Source: a virus (Duplodnaviria; Caudoviricetes). Taken from it: DNA of 64,000 nt. The DNA is taken from positions 1 through 64,000 of the IMG/VR virus record IMGVR_UViG_3300021256_000066, one strand, 5' to 3'. The notes beneath the pieces were generated by a model, which was given only the letters and a program-made list of their open reading frames with translations, had not been told where the DNA came from and did not search any database. The position numbers and the translations under genes were made by a program. Each line of letters begins with the position of its first letter. The stretch's first letter is position 1. Positions 26,488-37,298 of this stretch are shown here, one piece after another.

Positions 26488-26886
26488 ATGAAGACGATGA
26501 AAGATTTCTGGAAGGAACTGCGCCAGCGCTGGCAGAATGCCATGCCGCAGTTCTTCAAGCGCATGATGTGGATCTGCGGACTCGTCAGCGGTACGGCCCT
26601 CGCAGCCAACGAGGCGATGGCAGTTGCGGGGATTGAGCCCCACCAGTGGTGGATTGACATCCGGCCTTACCTTATCGCCGTACCCGCAGGAGCCATGTTC
26701 GCCTGCAAGTTCACGCAGAATTATGACCGCGACGGCAATCCCGTGTCGAAGCCGCTGCCCGAGGCCACGCAGCCACAGGCCGTGAACAACTCCGACATTG
26801 AGACCGTCAGCGCCACGCAGCACCCCGACACAACGAATGCCGGCAGACCAGCGCCCGCCGACATCGACCCCTATAACGAGGATTGA
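26488..26886 (+). CDS. Holin-like membrane protein
   Basis: Basic N-terminus, two hydrophobic helices, acidic tail. Confidence 0.5.
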   Translation: MKTMKDFWKELRQRWQNAMPQFFKRMMWICGLVSGTALAANEAMAVAGIEPHQWWIDIRPYLIAVPAGAMFACKFTQNYDRDGNPVSKPLPEATQPQAVNNSDIETVSATQHPDTTNAGRPAPADIDPYNED

Positions 26887-28884
26887 TCAGTGCCCGCCCG
26901 GCGTCACTAACAGGCTCGTGCGGAATCGGAACAGCTTCACACCGATGTAGAGCGAGTCGAAAGCGTCGGTGATATCAGTACGGGTAGCCATCGGGTTGTC
27001 CTCGGTCTCGGCCTTCTTCTCCTGCGACTTATCCTTCTTGATGGTCTTCGTCGTGCCCGTGTAGCTCACCTTGATTTCGGCTTGCTCCATTGCCAGGATA
27101 AGTGCCTCGTTGTTGATGCGGTTGATGCGGATGCCGGGATAGGCGAAGCCGCCCAGTGCCTCGTTGATGATTTTCCATTTCTCGGTGTGGAACATCGGGT
27201 GTCCCATGTCGATGCCGATCACGTCCCACTGATACTTCTGTAGCTGTCCGATGATGGTGTCCTTGAAGTCGAGGTTCTTCTCGATGGCATAGCCCTTGAA
27301 CTTGGCCGTCGAGTCGTAGTAGTAATAGACGGTGCGGTTGTGGTTCTTGTGCGGCCCGTAGTAGCGGTTCCAGTCCTCCAGCAGCGCGTAGAGCTTGCGC
27401 TCGTACTGCACGTACATCGAACCGAGCACGCAGAGGCACTCCACCCCGTCGCGGCGATACACCTGTCCCGTGACGATGCAGTTCATCTTGTCGTTGTAGT
27501 CGAAGGCGATGTGCAGCGGCAGCACGTCAACCACGTCGCCGTCCTGCGTGCAGTCATCGACGCGGGCCAGCCGGTCGAAGTCGTAAGCCTCGTACTGCTC
27601 CGTGTATTTCGCCCCGCTCTTGATCTGCGTGGCGGTCTGCAGCGTCACGCTCTTGTCGATGCACGGCGCGTCGTCGGGGATGTAGCCATGCACGTTCTCG
27701 ATGTCGAGGTTGGTGTAGAATCCGTCGTTGGCCTTGCGCTTGCGAAGATTGAGGATCGACGTGCCGAACACGCCGCTGGGCAACTCGCGATACATCTGGG
27801 CGATATACTCAAACGTCACGATGTCGGCATTATCCAAGGTGGATGCCCGCCAGCAGTAGAACGCACTCGCCCTGAGCTGCTGGATGCGCTTCAGGTAGGC
27901 GTTGTTGGGGATGTTCAGTTTCATCAGTTCAAACTGGTCCTCCTTCGTGATGAGATACTTGTGGTTGTAGAGCAGTTCGGCATCGTCCTGCGATATCAGC
28001 TTATACGACACGAGCATGTTCACGCAGCCCTTCGAGTCGGCGGCATACTGTTTCGGGATAATCCTGTAAGGCCCATCGCGCTTGCTGACCGCCTCGAAGA
28101 GCGCCTCTATCGCCTTCTTCTTCTCGGGCTTCACCTCCATCGGCTGCCGACCCTCCTTCTTGGCATAGTAGAAGAAGTCGTTCCACTTGATGACATCCCG
28201 TGCAAATGCCTCCAGCTCCGCCTGAATCTGTCGGTATGTCATGTCGGTAAACGGCCCCAGCATCGGTTTCTCTTCGAGTTTCTCTTCTTCCTGTTCGAGC
28301 CATGCGCCCTTCAGTGTCAGCGAGGCGTCGCTCATAAACGATGTGCCGCAGTAGAGCGGGTTCTCACGCGAGAAGCCTGGATCGCCGAAGGGATGCGTCT
28401 GTCCGCTGATGGCTGGCACCAGCTCCTCGTAGATTTTCTGTTTCTTGGCAAATCGGCACTCGTCGAACAGCGCGTGGTTGAAGGTGTAGGAGTTGGCACT
28501 GGCTATCTGGGCCATCGAAATCATCTGCCATATAAAACCGTTGGCAAACCAGATGGAGTCCGAGTAGTTGCGCAGTTCGGCTATCGGCTTCGGCACCCAC
28601 GACGGCGGTTTGCCAGGACCGTAGTGTACGCCCGGTGTCAGTCCGTAGAATCGGGCCATTGCCGCCAGCGCACTGGGGATGAGCTTGCACATCAGCTGTG
28701 CCCGCGAGATGCCGCCCCACGCACCCATGCCCTGCGGCATCGACTTGGCCACCACAAAAGCACGGTCGCCGATGTGCTCCGTCTTTCCGACACGGCGCGA
28801 TGCCACGCCCCGCTCGTCGTGCGCCTGGATGATGTGGCTCATCCTTTGCGGCTTGTTCATGTATATATCTACCGAATCAGCCAT
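26887..28884 (-). CDS. terL: Terminase large subunit
   Basis: Walker A ASRRVGKT, Walker B HALFDE, RNase H-like LHIAFDYN and C-terminal TDAFDSL. Confidence 0.82.
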   Translation of the reverse strand: MADSVDIYMNKPQRMSHIIQAHDERGVASRRVGKTEHIGDRAFVVAKSMPQGMGAWGGISRAQLMCKLIPSALAAMARFYGLTPGVHYGPGKPPSWVPKPIAELRNYSDSIWFANGFIWQMISMAQIASANSYTFNHALFDECRFAKKQKIYEELVPAISGQTHPFGDPGFSRENPLYCGTSFMSDASLTLKGAWLEQEEEKLEEKPMLGPFTDMTYRQIQAELEAFARDVIKWNDFFYYAKKEGRQPMEVKPEKKKAIEALFEAVSKRDGPYRIIPKQYAADSKGCVNMLVSYKLISQDDAELLYNHKYLITKEDQFELMKLNIPNNAYLKRIQQLRASAFYCWRASTLDNADIVTFEYIAQMYRELPSGVFGTSILNLRKRKANDGFYTNLDIENVHGYIPDDAPCIDKSVTLQTATQIKSGAKYTEQYEAYDFDRLARVDDCTQDGDVVDVLPLHIAFDYNDKMNCIVTGQVYRRDGVECLCVLGSMYVQYERKLYALLEDWNRYYGPHKNHNRTVYYYYDSTAKFKGYAIEKNLDFKDTIIGQLQKYQWDVIGIDMGHPMFHTEKWKIINEALGGFAYPGIRINRINNEALILAMEQAEIKVSYTGTTKTIKKDKSQEKKAETEDNPMATRTDITDAFDSLYIGVKLFRFRTSLLVTPGGH

Positions 28885-28902
28885 AGTCCAATTTTTACAT
28901 TT

Positions 28903-29238
28903 TTACATCTTTCGTCGGGCGAAGATGCACGGCTCGCCCGTGGCCATCGAACAGGCCATCTGGAAGCCCGCCATCTGCAAGTCCTCGACATAGAGCGCCA
29001 GCGGGTCGCCCAGCGAACACACGTAAGCCTTGAACACCTCGCGCAGCCTTGCGTCGTCGAACTGCTCATAGCCGTCGTCGCCCTCGCGGCACGGCGCATA
29101 GCCGTTCACGAAGGCCGTCACCTTTGCCGGCACGATAAAGTCGCGCAGACTGACCTTCGCCACCTCCACCTCGGGCATCAGTTCCTGCCCCACCGGGTCA
29201 TCGTCCCAGTCCATCGTCTGTTTCTTCCTTCTGCTCAT
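28903..29238 (-). CDS. Hypothetical protein
   Basis: 111 aa, co-oriented with terL. Confidence 0.7.
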   Translation of the reverse strand: MSRRKKQTMDWDDDPVGQELMPEVEVAKVSLRDFIVPAKVTAFVNGYAPCREGDDGYEQFDDARLREVFKAYVCSLGDPLALYVEDLQMAGFQMACSMATGEPCIFARRKM

Positions 29239-29244
29239 AGTCGT

Positions 29245-30030
29245 TTATCTTGCAAATGGGTCATACGTGTCAGGCTCGTCGGTCTGTTCGGGCTCGTAGG
29301 TCTGCTCCTGCTCTTCTTCGTTGTCGTCCTCTTCCGAGTCGGCAGGCACCATCATACCGTCCTGCCCCTCCACGAACTCCTGCACGTCCTCGAACTTCGC
29401 CCCGATCTTCTTCGCAAACTGGCGCAGCTCGTCGTCGGTATAGTTCGTGCGGTCGGGCTTGATAATCGAGATGTCGCCCGTGATATTCCGCTCTGCACCA
29501 GGTTTCAGTGCGTCGGCAGGGTTGGCATCCTCCTTGAAGTCATTGTTAAGTTTCTCCAGGTTCCTTTGCGCCTCGCGGATGGCCGACACGTTGCCCGTCT
29601 GCTGACCGAACTTCGACAGCCACCGCGTGTTAGCCTGGTACAGCAGCTTGTCCAAGTGGTTCTGACTGACGTTCAGTCTGCCTACCAGCGCGTTGACGCA
29701 ATAAATGTCGTTGGCAATCTCCGTATCTCGTCTGGCCGACACCGCCCCCGTCTGAGGGTCGCGACGGATGCCGAGCACCTGCATCAGCTCCACGTCCTCG
29801 GCGATACCCATCTCCGCGTTTGCCACGATCAGCGCATAGTCCCTCGCGGCGAGGTTCTGCACCACCTTGCGTGGCTGGGCCGTCGGGTTCTCAATCATCA
29901 GTCGGTAGGCGTTCATCACCAGCAGTGCCCTGAATCGCTGGTCGGGTCGCAGGTTCATGCGGCTCAGTTCCACGCCGCCCTGCGCCCATCTCGTAATCTT
30001 GTCGATGTAGTTCTGTGAGGGTTGACTCAT
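29245..30030 (-). CDS. Hypothetical protein, terminase small subunit candidate
   Basis: Helical protein heading the terL operon. Function inferred from position only. Confidence 0.55.
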   Translation of the reverse strand: MSQPSQNYIDKITRWAQGGVELSRMNLRPDQRFRALLVMNAYRLMIENPTAQPRKVVQNLAARDYALIVANAEMGIAEDVELMQVLGIRRDPQTGAVSARRDTEIANDIYCVNALVGRLNVSQNHLDKLLYQANTRWLSKFGQQTGNVSAIREAQRNLEKLNNDFKEDANPADALKPGAERNITGDISIIKPDRTNYTDDELRQFAKKIGAKFEDVQEFVEGQDGMMVPADSEEDDNEEEQEQTYEPEQTDEPDTYDPFAR

Positions 30031-30060
30031 ATCTTCCTTTCGTTTTCTTTGTTCTACCGA

Positions 30061-30144
30061 CAAATTTACAATACACGCTCTTGCGAAATGGGACTATATC
30101 GCCCTCTTTTATCCCATTTCGACGGTGGCGCGGACGTATCTTTG
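30061..30144. promoter_or_regulatory. Divergent pair of (G/A)TCCC-N21-TAnnTTTG promoters
   Basis: Minus 30061..30095, plus 30110..30144. Confidence 0.65.
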
Positions 30145-30168
30145 AACCAGGATTTAAAGAAACGGATT

Positions 30169-30741
30169 ATGTTTGAATTTGATAACGTACTCGAATACTG
30201 GGCGACGAAGTACAAGCGCATCAAGCACGACCCCGCCGCCAAGTCGAAGGACAAGCGCTTCTTCCGCATCCAGGAGATCGACCTGCAGTCGGAGTGGAGC
30301 CGAAATATGAACCTGATTGACAAGCCCTGCCTACTGTTCAGAATGGCAGAAGATGGGCAGGTGAACGCCGACAACGTGAACCGCCTCGACCGCTTCTGGG
30401 GCATCTACCTCGCCGTGAAGCAGAAGGGAGCGCCCAACAACGTGGTCGATGAACTCGGGGCCGCCAACTGCAAGCGCGAACTGATGAAGATGACTGCCGC
30501 CCTTATCGCCTGGCTGGTGCGCCTCCAGTCGTGGGCCAACAACGGGCGCACCGATGTCAGCAACCCCTTCTTCTCGCTCACCGACCGCGAGACTCGCGAG
30601 GGACTGCGCGGACTGCGGCTGCAGAAGACCGCCTTCTGGACCACCCCCGTCCACCTCAACGGCTGGTGGCTCATGGGCATCGAGTTCTACGGCATCGACC
30701 CCCGCCCCCTCTGCGTCAACGATGCCGACTACGACGAATAA
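30169..30741 (+). CDS. Hypothetical protein, tail terminator/completion candidate
   Basis: GATT-ATG start, 190 aa, structural-module context. Confidence 0.6.
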   Translation: MFEFDNVLEYWATKYKRIKHDPAAKSKDKRFFRIQEIDLQSEWSRNMNLIDKPCLLFRMAEDGQVNADNVNRLDRFWGIYLAVKQKGAPNNVVDELGAANCKRELMKMTAALIAWLVRLQSWANNGRTDVSNPFFSLTDRETREGLRGLRLQKTAFWTTPVHLNGWWLMGIEFYGIDPRPLCVNDADYDE

Positions 30742-30855
30742 CCACACAAGTGTATTTTTTGACATAGGCAAGTGTGCGACCGACCGCGAAGCCCGCCGCA
30801 CACGATTTTTCTGCGCCCTATATCATATATATAAAGGTATAATATATCATATATA

Positions 30856-30891
30856 AAAAGGAGAGACCCTGCGACGGAGCCTCTCCTTTTT
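30856..30891. terminator. Bidirectional terminator between convergent genes
   Basis: AAAAAGGAGAG...CTCTCCTTTTT. Confidence 0.6.
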
Positions 30892-30910
30892 CGTATATAG
30901 TAACCAATGC

Positions 30911-31441
30911 TTACATGTTTCCGAGGTCAACGTTCAAGCCATCAAACGAGTTGAGTATATCGACCGTACCTTCCGCGCCCCAGAAGTCAACGAGATAGTC
31001 GCGCAGGCGAGTCTGCAAGTGACGAAGCTCTGCCATGATGGCCGGACGGTGTGACGAACCTTGCGCACGATTCCATGAACCGATGTAGCGACTGCGGAAG
31101 CGTACATTCCTGCCACGCTCTACGCCCGATGCTTTCGTACCGCTACCTACTCCAATGTCAACGTACTGAAGATAGTCATTGAATCGGTATTCCAGAGTAA
31201 CCGCTTTCTCGCTTGCGTTGACAATAGAACCGTCGATCGAACGGAAGCCCTCGCCAGTTGAATACCACTCTTCGCGCTTCTTGCGGATTTCATTGATCTG
31301 ACGATAACCTGGATAGACTTCATACGGCCAGATTCTCTGTGTGGCAAAGTTAGCCTGAATTTGCGCGAGCGTCTGTTTGTGAAAGTCGCTGACGACCATC
31401 CGTGCCGGGAATATCGGGTTCTGGATTCTTTTTGCTGCCAT
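30911..31441 (-). CDS. Putative neck/tail-completion protein
   Basis: STG...RSI and YLQYVDIGVG.G motifs resemble HK97 gp10-like proteins. Confidence 0.55.
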   Translation of the reverse strand: MAAKRIQNPIFPARMVVSDFHKQTLAQIQANFATQRIWPYEVYPGYRQINEIRKKREEWYSTGEGFRSIDGSIVNASEKAVTLEYRFNDYLQYVDIGVGSGTKASGVERGRNVRFRSRYIGSWNRAQGSSHRPAIMAELRHLQTRLRDYLVDFWGAEGTVDILNSFDGLNVDLGNM

Positions 31442-31509
31442 AATCGTTTCTTTTTGTTGCTACAAGGACGGTGCAAGCCCGTACTCGCGATGAATTACTT
31501 TATTCATCG

Positions 31510-31592
31510 CAAAGATAGTGTCTTTTGTGCACGAATTGGGACAAGCGAATTTGCCTATGTCCCAACTTAGCACGATTGCGGTATTAACTTTG
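31510..31592. promoter_or_regulatory. Divergent pair of TGTCCC-N20/21-TAnnTTTG promoters
   Basis: Minus 31510..31543, plus 31558..31592. Confidence 0.7.
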
Positions 31593-31625
31593 ACGAAAAA
31601 TAGAAACCAACACAGGAGTTAGAAT

Positions 31626-34600
31626 ATGGCACAAGCAAGAAAAGCTCAGGTAATCATCACTGCCAACGCCTCAGTGGCCGAGAAAGTGATGCAGGAGTTG
31701 GAAGGCGCAGCTACCCGTGCGTCCAACCGCATGAAGGCACTCGCCGACGCAGGAGCGCAGATCAAAGAACGTATGCGCCAGCTGGCGGCAGCCAACAAGC
31801 AGAACACCGACGAATACAAGCAACTCGACGCCCAGTTGAAGCAGAACAACAAAGACTTCAAGGCCGCCGAGAAGGAGTTTCAGGCGTTCAACAGCCGAAT
31901 GCGTGAGAACGTGAAAGACACGAAGCGCGTGGAGCAGGTGATGAAAGACCTTGCCAACACGGCTACCCGTGATTTGCGCCGTGCCCTGCAAGCCGCCAAG
32001 CGCGAACTCGACAAGATGTCGGCCAACGACCCTCGCCGCACCAAGATGATTAGCGACATGCGCAAATTGCAGGCGCAGATTGATGCCAACACGGGCTCCC
32101 TCAAGAAACAGCAGTCTGCCTGGGGCTCTCTTGGCACTACAATGAAGAATCTGTTTGCATACGCAGGTGTCTTCGCGGGTTTCAACAAGATCAAGTCGCT
32201 CATCGAGGACGTGTTCCAGTCGAACCTCAAACTCAGCGACTCGCTCGCCGATATCCGCAAGGTCAGCGGACTGGCCATGACCGACATCAACCGACTGTAT
32301 CGTAACATCACGCAGATAGACACTCGCAACACCATCGAGGCGCTCAACCAACTGGCCTACACTGGCGCCAAGCTCGGTATCGGCCAGAACTACGGCGTGG
32401 AGGGACTGACGGGCTTCGTCAAGGCCGCAGAGCAGGTGCAGATGGCCCTCGGCGAGGATATGGGCGAGAAAGCACTGCCCGAACTGGCCAAGATGACCGA
32501 GGTGATGGGACTGATAGACAAGTACGGCGTAGAGCAGGCCATGCAGAAAGCCGCTTCGGCCATCTTCCAGCTCGGCGCAACCTCTACCGCCACAGGTACT
32601 AACATTGTGGAGTTCTCAAAGCGACTCTACGGTCTGGCCAACGTCACCCGCGTATCGACCGACGACCTGCTGGCACTCGGCTCGGCTGCCGACGCAATGG
32701 GACTGATGCCCGAAGTAGCCGCCACGGCCTTCAACAAACTGTTTACTTCGGTTCAGAAGAACCACAACATGATTGAAAAGACGTTGGGATTGCAGCAAGG
32801 TCTTATCAAGAGCTATTACGACCAGGGCCGCACGATGGAGGCTATCGTAGCCATCTTCGAGAAGATGAACCAGACTGGCAACCTCAACCTGCTCGGCGGC
32901 GTGTTCAAAGACCTCGGTAGCGACGGTGCCCGACTGGTGAACGTCATGGCAACGATGGCCGACCGCGTGGATATTCTGAAGAAACACCTCGAAACCTCGC
33001 GCACGGCATTCAAGGAGGGCGAGGCAGTCATTGGCGAGTACATGATTCAGAACCAGACCGCCGCCGCTATGGTGGAGCGTGCCTCCAACCTCTGGGCCAA
33101 GGCGTTCACCAACCCAGAGGGCGTGACGATGGTGCAGACACTGGCAAAGGAGTGGTACGACCTGTCGAAGGAGATGACCAGCAGCCAGTCAACGATGCTC
33201 TCGCTGAAGTCCGCAATCGAGGGCGTGGCTTTGGCACTGCGCACTATCATTAGCCTCGCACCGTTCCTGATCAAGGCTTTCGCCTGGGGAGGCATACTGG
33301 CCATGATCCGTGGCGTAGGCTTCGGCTTATACGGTCTGATTACGCAGTTGCGTGCCGCCACGGGAGCCGCCATGACGCTGCAGGTGGCACTGAAGAGCAA
33401 CTGGGTGCTGGCAGGCGTCAGTGCCGTGGCGGCAGCCATGACCATGCTCTACGAGAAGTCGCAGGCAGCCGCACAGGCCGCAGAAGCCGCCCGTGAGCGG
33501 CAGGCAGAACTCGACAAGGCGTTCGCGTCGTCGAAGGAGGCTGTGCAGAACGTTGTCAAGCCGTTGGAAACCTACAAGCGCGTGCTCGACGATGCCAACC
33601 TCTCCGAGAAGCAGAAGATGGACTTGGTGAAGGACTTCAACAGCACCTACAGCGAGTATCTCGACTTCCTCGGCATCGAGGTCAAGTCTGTCGATGACCT
33701 CCGCGATGCCTATGCCCGCGTGGTAGAGGTGATGCGCATCAAGAAAGCCTACGAGGAGCGGGAGTCATACCGCACGCAGGTCAACGGCACCAACCGCATG
33801 GACCGCATCGGCGCACAGGCACAGGCCGAGAGCGAGGCACGCTCGCTGGGCGTAGAGGGCATCAACAAAGAATACCTGGAGGGCACGCAGAACATCCACC
33901 GCAACGGCCACGTAGTGCGTCAGGGCTCCGACAAAGTGGTGCTCGACATCCTGAGAAAGCGGTACGGCAACAACGTCGGCATGTCGGCCAGCGGACAGGT
34001 GTACCGCATCGAGACCATCGACAAGAGCCAGCCCGTATCGGCCAACAACCAGCGGGTGGTCAATATCGACGTCGATGTGAGCGGACTGCGCTCTGCCGTC
34101 AGCAAGTACGTCAGCAGCTATCGCACAGAGAAACAGACCGACCAAGAGGTTGATCAGAAGTTCGACAGCGAGTTCTCGTGGACCGACGGCACGGGCAGGA
34201 AGCGCAGCCTCTCGGAGTTCAACATCGACGAGTACAACCAGAAGGTGATGGAGGGCCGTTACAAGCGCAAAGGCTCGCTCGACCGTGAGGCCCCCGACAA
34301 AGCCGCCATTCGTGCCGCCAAGAAGGCCGAGGCGGATCACAAGCAGGCGATTCGCAAGGAGCTGCAGGATGCAAAGCAGGAGTCGGATGCCATCATCGCG
34401 AAGATTGAGGAGTGGTACCGGCTGCAGGAGACGGTGGTGACAGGATTCGCCGCCGACGGGAAGTGGACGCAGCAGCAGGCGGAGATGGTGAACCGCGAAC
34501 TGGAGGCGGCGAAGAACGAGGCGCTGGCCAATGCCCGACTGGCCATCAGCGGGCGCGACACCCAGACGTGGGAGCAGACCAAGGAGAGCCTGCGCGTGAT

Positions 34601-36782
34601 GATGTTCGACACGGGCGAGTGGTCGCAAGAGCTCTTCAAGCAGATATTGGACGTTTCGATGTCCGCCATCAGCAACAAACTCGCAAAGATCGACGCAGCT
34701 GGCGGCAAGTACGGCATCACCACCTCGTCGCTGAAGGACGGACTCGACAAGAACGCCGCCGGCAACCGCCGCAAGGTGCAGGAACTGCGCAACAAGACCG
34801 CCAAGGAGGTGGAGAAGATGCTCAAGCAGTACGACTTCTTGCAGCAGGCGATGGACGCTTTCGACAACCGCCTCGCCCAGTTGGGGCTGCTTACTGACAG
34901 TGCCGTGGCCGCTGCCAACCGTATCCGTCAGGCTGCGGAGAACCCGGACGAGGCACTGAAGGCTGGCTATCAGGCACCGCCAACCGCAGAGCAGGTACAG
35001 CAGCAGCGCCGACAGGGACTGGAGACCGCCGCCACCAGGTTTATCGCCGGAGGCGGCAAGTCAATGGCTGTGAACTACAACGACAGCAAGGAACTCAACG
35101 ACTGGCTGCGCGAACTGACCAATGCCACCGTCAGCATGGGTGCCAACGGTATGGAGTTTAAGTTTGAATCGTGGGCAGATGCCTTCAAAGAGGATTTCGA
35201 CAAGTGGTTGCACAACACTGAGAAATACAAGTCGGAGATTCAGGCATTCTATCTCTCGCTCGTTCAGGCCAGCGACGACTACACCGAGGCCACGAAGAAA
35301 GCCTACGAGCGCGAAAAGAAACTGCAAGACCAGCGATTCCAGTTGGCTGGCTACCGTGATCAGGAAGAGCAGACCGACAAGTCGTTGGAGCGTCAAGGTA
35401 TCTTAAAGGATGCGGGTATCGGGCAGACTATTCCTGAACAACTCGGACTTGATAAGATTGCCGACGATCCTGAAATCCTGCGCATACAAAACCGCATCCA
35501 TTGGCGAAAGGTGGAATACGATGATGCCAAACGTAATCTCGAAGCACAGATGGAACTCGACCGTCTGCGCATAGAGGAAATGCAGCGCAACGGAGCCACT
35601 GAGCAGGAGATAGAAGATGCCAAGATGACGCTGAAGCAACAGCGGTCAGGACTGGAGGAACTGATGAAAGAGCGCGAGACGGCGCTTATCAACGAGACCT
35701 ACAATCTGACATCTCAGGTAGCCCAGCAGATGCAGAAGCGCGTAGATTCCATCAAGAACTTCGTCAAGCCCGTCACCGACTTCACGCAGGCCGCAGGTCG
35801 CAAGATTGGCGACATGATATTCAACATGAAGAGTGAAGAAGCCACTTGGGAAGAGTTGTGGAAGAATATGGCTCTGGCCGTTGGACAGGCCGTCATTGAG
35901 ATGGGAGCGCAGTATATGCAGAACTTTATCATGCAACAGTCTATCAACCGTGCCAGCGAGAGCGAGGCCGTCAGCGACGCAACGGTGAAGACCACGGCAG
36001 GTATCGCAGCCGGTTCGGCCAAGACCATCGGTGAACTCGGATGGTGGGGCATTCCGCTCGTAGCCGTTATCTCTGCCTTGCTGATGGGATTGTTGCAGGC
36101 TGCCCTTTCCACCAACCGCGATAGTGGCAGTAACGCCAATGCTGCCAAGCCGAAGATTAAGCTCGCACAGGGGATGCTGACGTATGATTCCGGCAACCTG
36201 CAAGAGGTTGCCGGTGAAGGACGCTCGACCTCTGGTCGCTTGCTACCAACGGGACGCAAGAACGTGCAGACCGTCGTGGGCGATGACGGACGGGTGTATC
36301 GGGCTCGCGAGCAGCAGTCGTTGCCGGATGGTGTGTCGATGGTGACGGAGCCGATTGCCACCCGCGTGAACGGTCAGCAGGCGCTCGTCGGTGAGCGCGG
36401 ACCTGAGATTGTCATCGGGCGACGCACGACAAGGGCGATCCAGATGAACCGTCCCGACCTGTTGCGCGACCTGGCGATGATCGACCGTGGCATCACGACG
36501 CGCAAAGTCAGAACCTTCGATGAAGGTAATATCAGCGACATGGCGAGTGCCTTCGCAGGGCAGCTGCCTGCCACGCAGCAGGGGCAGCAGGGTGGCGGCG
36601 ACGCCCAGCGTGAGCGCGACCAGGCGATGTTGGCGACGCTCGGTACGCTGTCGCAGACCATCGGTCAGTTGCAGCAGCAGCTTGCGGCTGGCATCCATGC
36701 CGAGATGAATATGTACGGTGACAACGGGGCTTACAAGAAGTTCCAGCAGGCTGATAAGTACTATAAAAAGTATGGCGGTTAG
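31626..36782 (+). CDS. Tail tape measure protein
   Basis: 1718 aa, Ala-rich helical; TP901-like core (LSDSLADIRKVSGL..IDTR), hydrophobic segments and C-terminal LVGERGPE. Confidence 0.9.
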   Translation: MAQARKAQVIITANASVAEKVMQELEGAATRASNRMKALADAGAQIKERMRQLAAANKQNTDEYKQLDAQLKQNNKDFKAAEKEFQAFNSRMRENVKDTKRVEQVMKDLANTATRDLRRALQAAKRELDKMSANDPRRTKMISDMRKLQAQIDANTGSLKKQQSAWGSLGTTMKNLFAYAGVFAGFNKIKSLIEDVFQSNLKLSDSLADIRKVSGLAMTDINRLYRNITQIDTRNTIEALNQLAYTGAKLGIGQNYGVEGLTGFVKAAEQVQMALGEDMGEKALPELAKMTEVMGLIDKYGVEQAMQKAASAIFQLGATSTATGTNIVEFSKRLYGLANVTRVSTDDLLALGSAADAMGLMPEVAATAFNKLFTSVQKNHNMIEKTLGLQQGLIKSYYDQGRTMEAIVAIFEKMNQTGNLNLLGGVFKDLGSDGARLVNVMATMADRVDILKKHLETSRTAFKEGEAVIGEYMIQNQTAAAMVERASNLWAKAFTNPEGVTMVQTLAKEWYDLSKEMTSSQSTMLSLKSAIEGVALALRTIISLAPFLIKAFAWGGILAMIRGVGFGLYGLITQLRAATGAAMTLQVALKSNWVLAGVSAVAAAMTMLYEKSQAAAQAAEAARERQAELDKAFASSKEAVQNVVKPLETYKRVLDDANLSEKQKMDLVKDFNSTYSEYLDFLGIEVKSVDDLRDAYARVVEVMRIKKAYEERESYRTQVNGTNRMDRIGAQAQAESEARSLGVEGINKEYLEGTQNIHRNGHVVRQGSDKVVLDILRKRYGNNVGMSASGQVYRIETIDKSQPVSANNQRVVNIDVDVSGLRSAVSKYVSSYRTEKQTDQEVDQKFDSEFSWTDGTGRKRSLSEFNIDEYNQKVMEGRYKRKGSLDREAPDKAAIRAAKKAEADHKQAIRKELQDAKQESDAIIAKIEEWYRLQETVVTGFAADGKWTQQQAEMVNRELEAAKNEALANARLAISGRDTQTWEQTKESLRVMMFDTGEWSQELFKQILDVSMSAISNKLAKIDAAGGKYGITTSSLKDGLDKNAAGNRRKVQELRNKTAKEVEKMLKQYDFLQQAMDAFDNRLAQLGLLTDSAVAAANRIRQAAENPDEALKAGYQAPPTAEQVQQQRRQGLETAATRFIAGGGKSMAVNYNDSKELNDWLRELTNATVSMGANGMEFKFESWADAFKEDFDKWLHNTEKYKSEIQAFYLSLVQASDDYTEATKKAYEREKKLQDQRFQLAGYRDQEEQTDKSLERQGILKDAGIGQTIPEQLGLDKIADDPEILRIQNRIHWRKVEYDDAKRNLEAQMELDRLRIEEMQRNGATEQEIEDAKMTLKQQRSGLEELMKERETALINETYNLTSQVAQQMQKRVDSIKNFVKPVTDFTQAAGRKIGDMIFNMKSEEATWEELWKNMALAVGQAVIEMGAQYMQNFIMQQSINRASESEAVSDATVKTTAGIAAGSAKTIGELGWWGIPLVAVISALLMGLLQAALSTNRDSGSNANAAKPKIKLAQGMLTYDSGNLQEVAGEGRSTSGRLLPTGRKNVQTVVGDDGRVYRAREQQSLPDGVSMVTEPIATRVNGQQALVGERGPEIVIGRRTTRAIQMNRPDLLRDLAMIDRGITTRKVRTFDEGNISDMASAFAGQLPATQQGQQGGGDAQRERDQAMLATLGTLSQTIGQLQQQLAAGIHAEMNMYGDNGAYKKFQQADKYYKKYGG

Positions 36783-36807
36783 CGAGATTTCCCTACCTAC
36801 CTTTTTT

Positions 36808-36825
36808 GTAGGGCGCGTGCCCTAC
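36808..36825. repeat. REP-like palindrome
   Basis: GTAGGGC-GCGT-GCCCTAC. Confidence 0.5.
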
Positions 36826-36834
36826 GGTTCCCCG

Positions 36835-36914
36835 TTCATTTTCTCGCTCGCTCCGAGAAAACGAACCAAAAGAGGGGCGCTACCCCCAAGGCCCCCTTCA
36901 AAGGGGGATGCAAC
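36835..36914 (+). repeat. TTCATT-hairpin-AACGAACCAAA repeat (inverted copies at 37178..37224 and 41509..41590)
   Basis: Conserved linkers with hairpins of different sequence in each copy. Confidence 0.6.
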
Positions 36915-37227
36915 ACGAAAAGTCGCAGAGACCGCCGACTTTTCTCCGTTTTGGTATCGCGGGACACGCGATAATCTTTTTTTGTTTTATAAATTCTCGA
37001 AAACATTCCGCACGAAGAGGTCTTTAGAGGATGTACTATTATCGGAATCTTCTTCGATTCTTGTGTCGCATAAGCGAGACAAGCAAATCGACATGAGATG
37101 CTGTCTGAGCGAAGCGAGTTCATCGAATGATTACGATAATCGGACAGCCGGCCTCTGAGACAGGACGTTTTCGCGCTCTTTCTTTTGATTCGGTTTTCTT
37201 TCTGGCGACAGAAAGAAAATGAATGCT

Positions 37228-37262
37228 TGTCCCATTTTCCAATGGTCGCGACATTAATTTTG
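37228..37262 (+). promoter_or_regulatory. Putative phage late promoter (TGTCCC-N21-TAATTTTG)
   Basis: Recurrent motif. Confidence 0.65.
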
Positions 37263-37298
37263 GAGCAATGATACAAATAAATAAAAAGGTATAACGAT

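Noticed and set aside
24330-26660. 776-aa minus-strand ORF
   Set aside because: Antisense shadow of GC3-rich plus-strand genes; no motifs or leader.
27340-30018. 892-aa plus-strand ORF
   Set aside because: Antisense shadow of the terminase operon.
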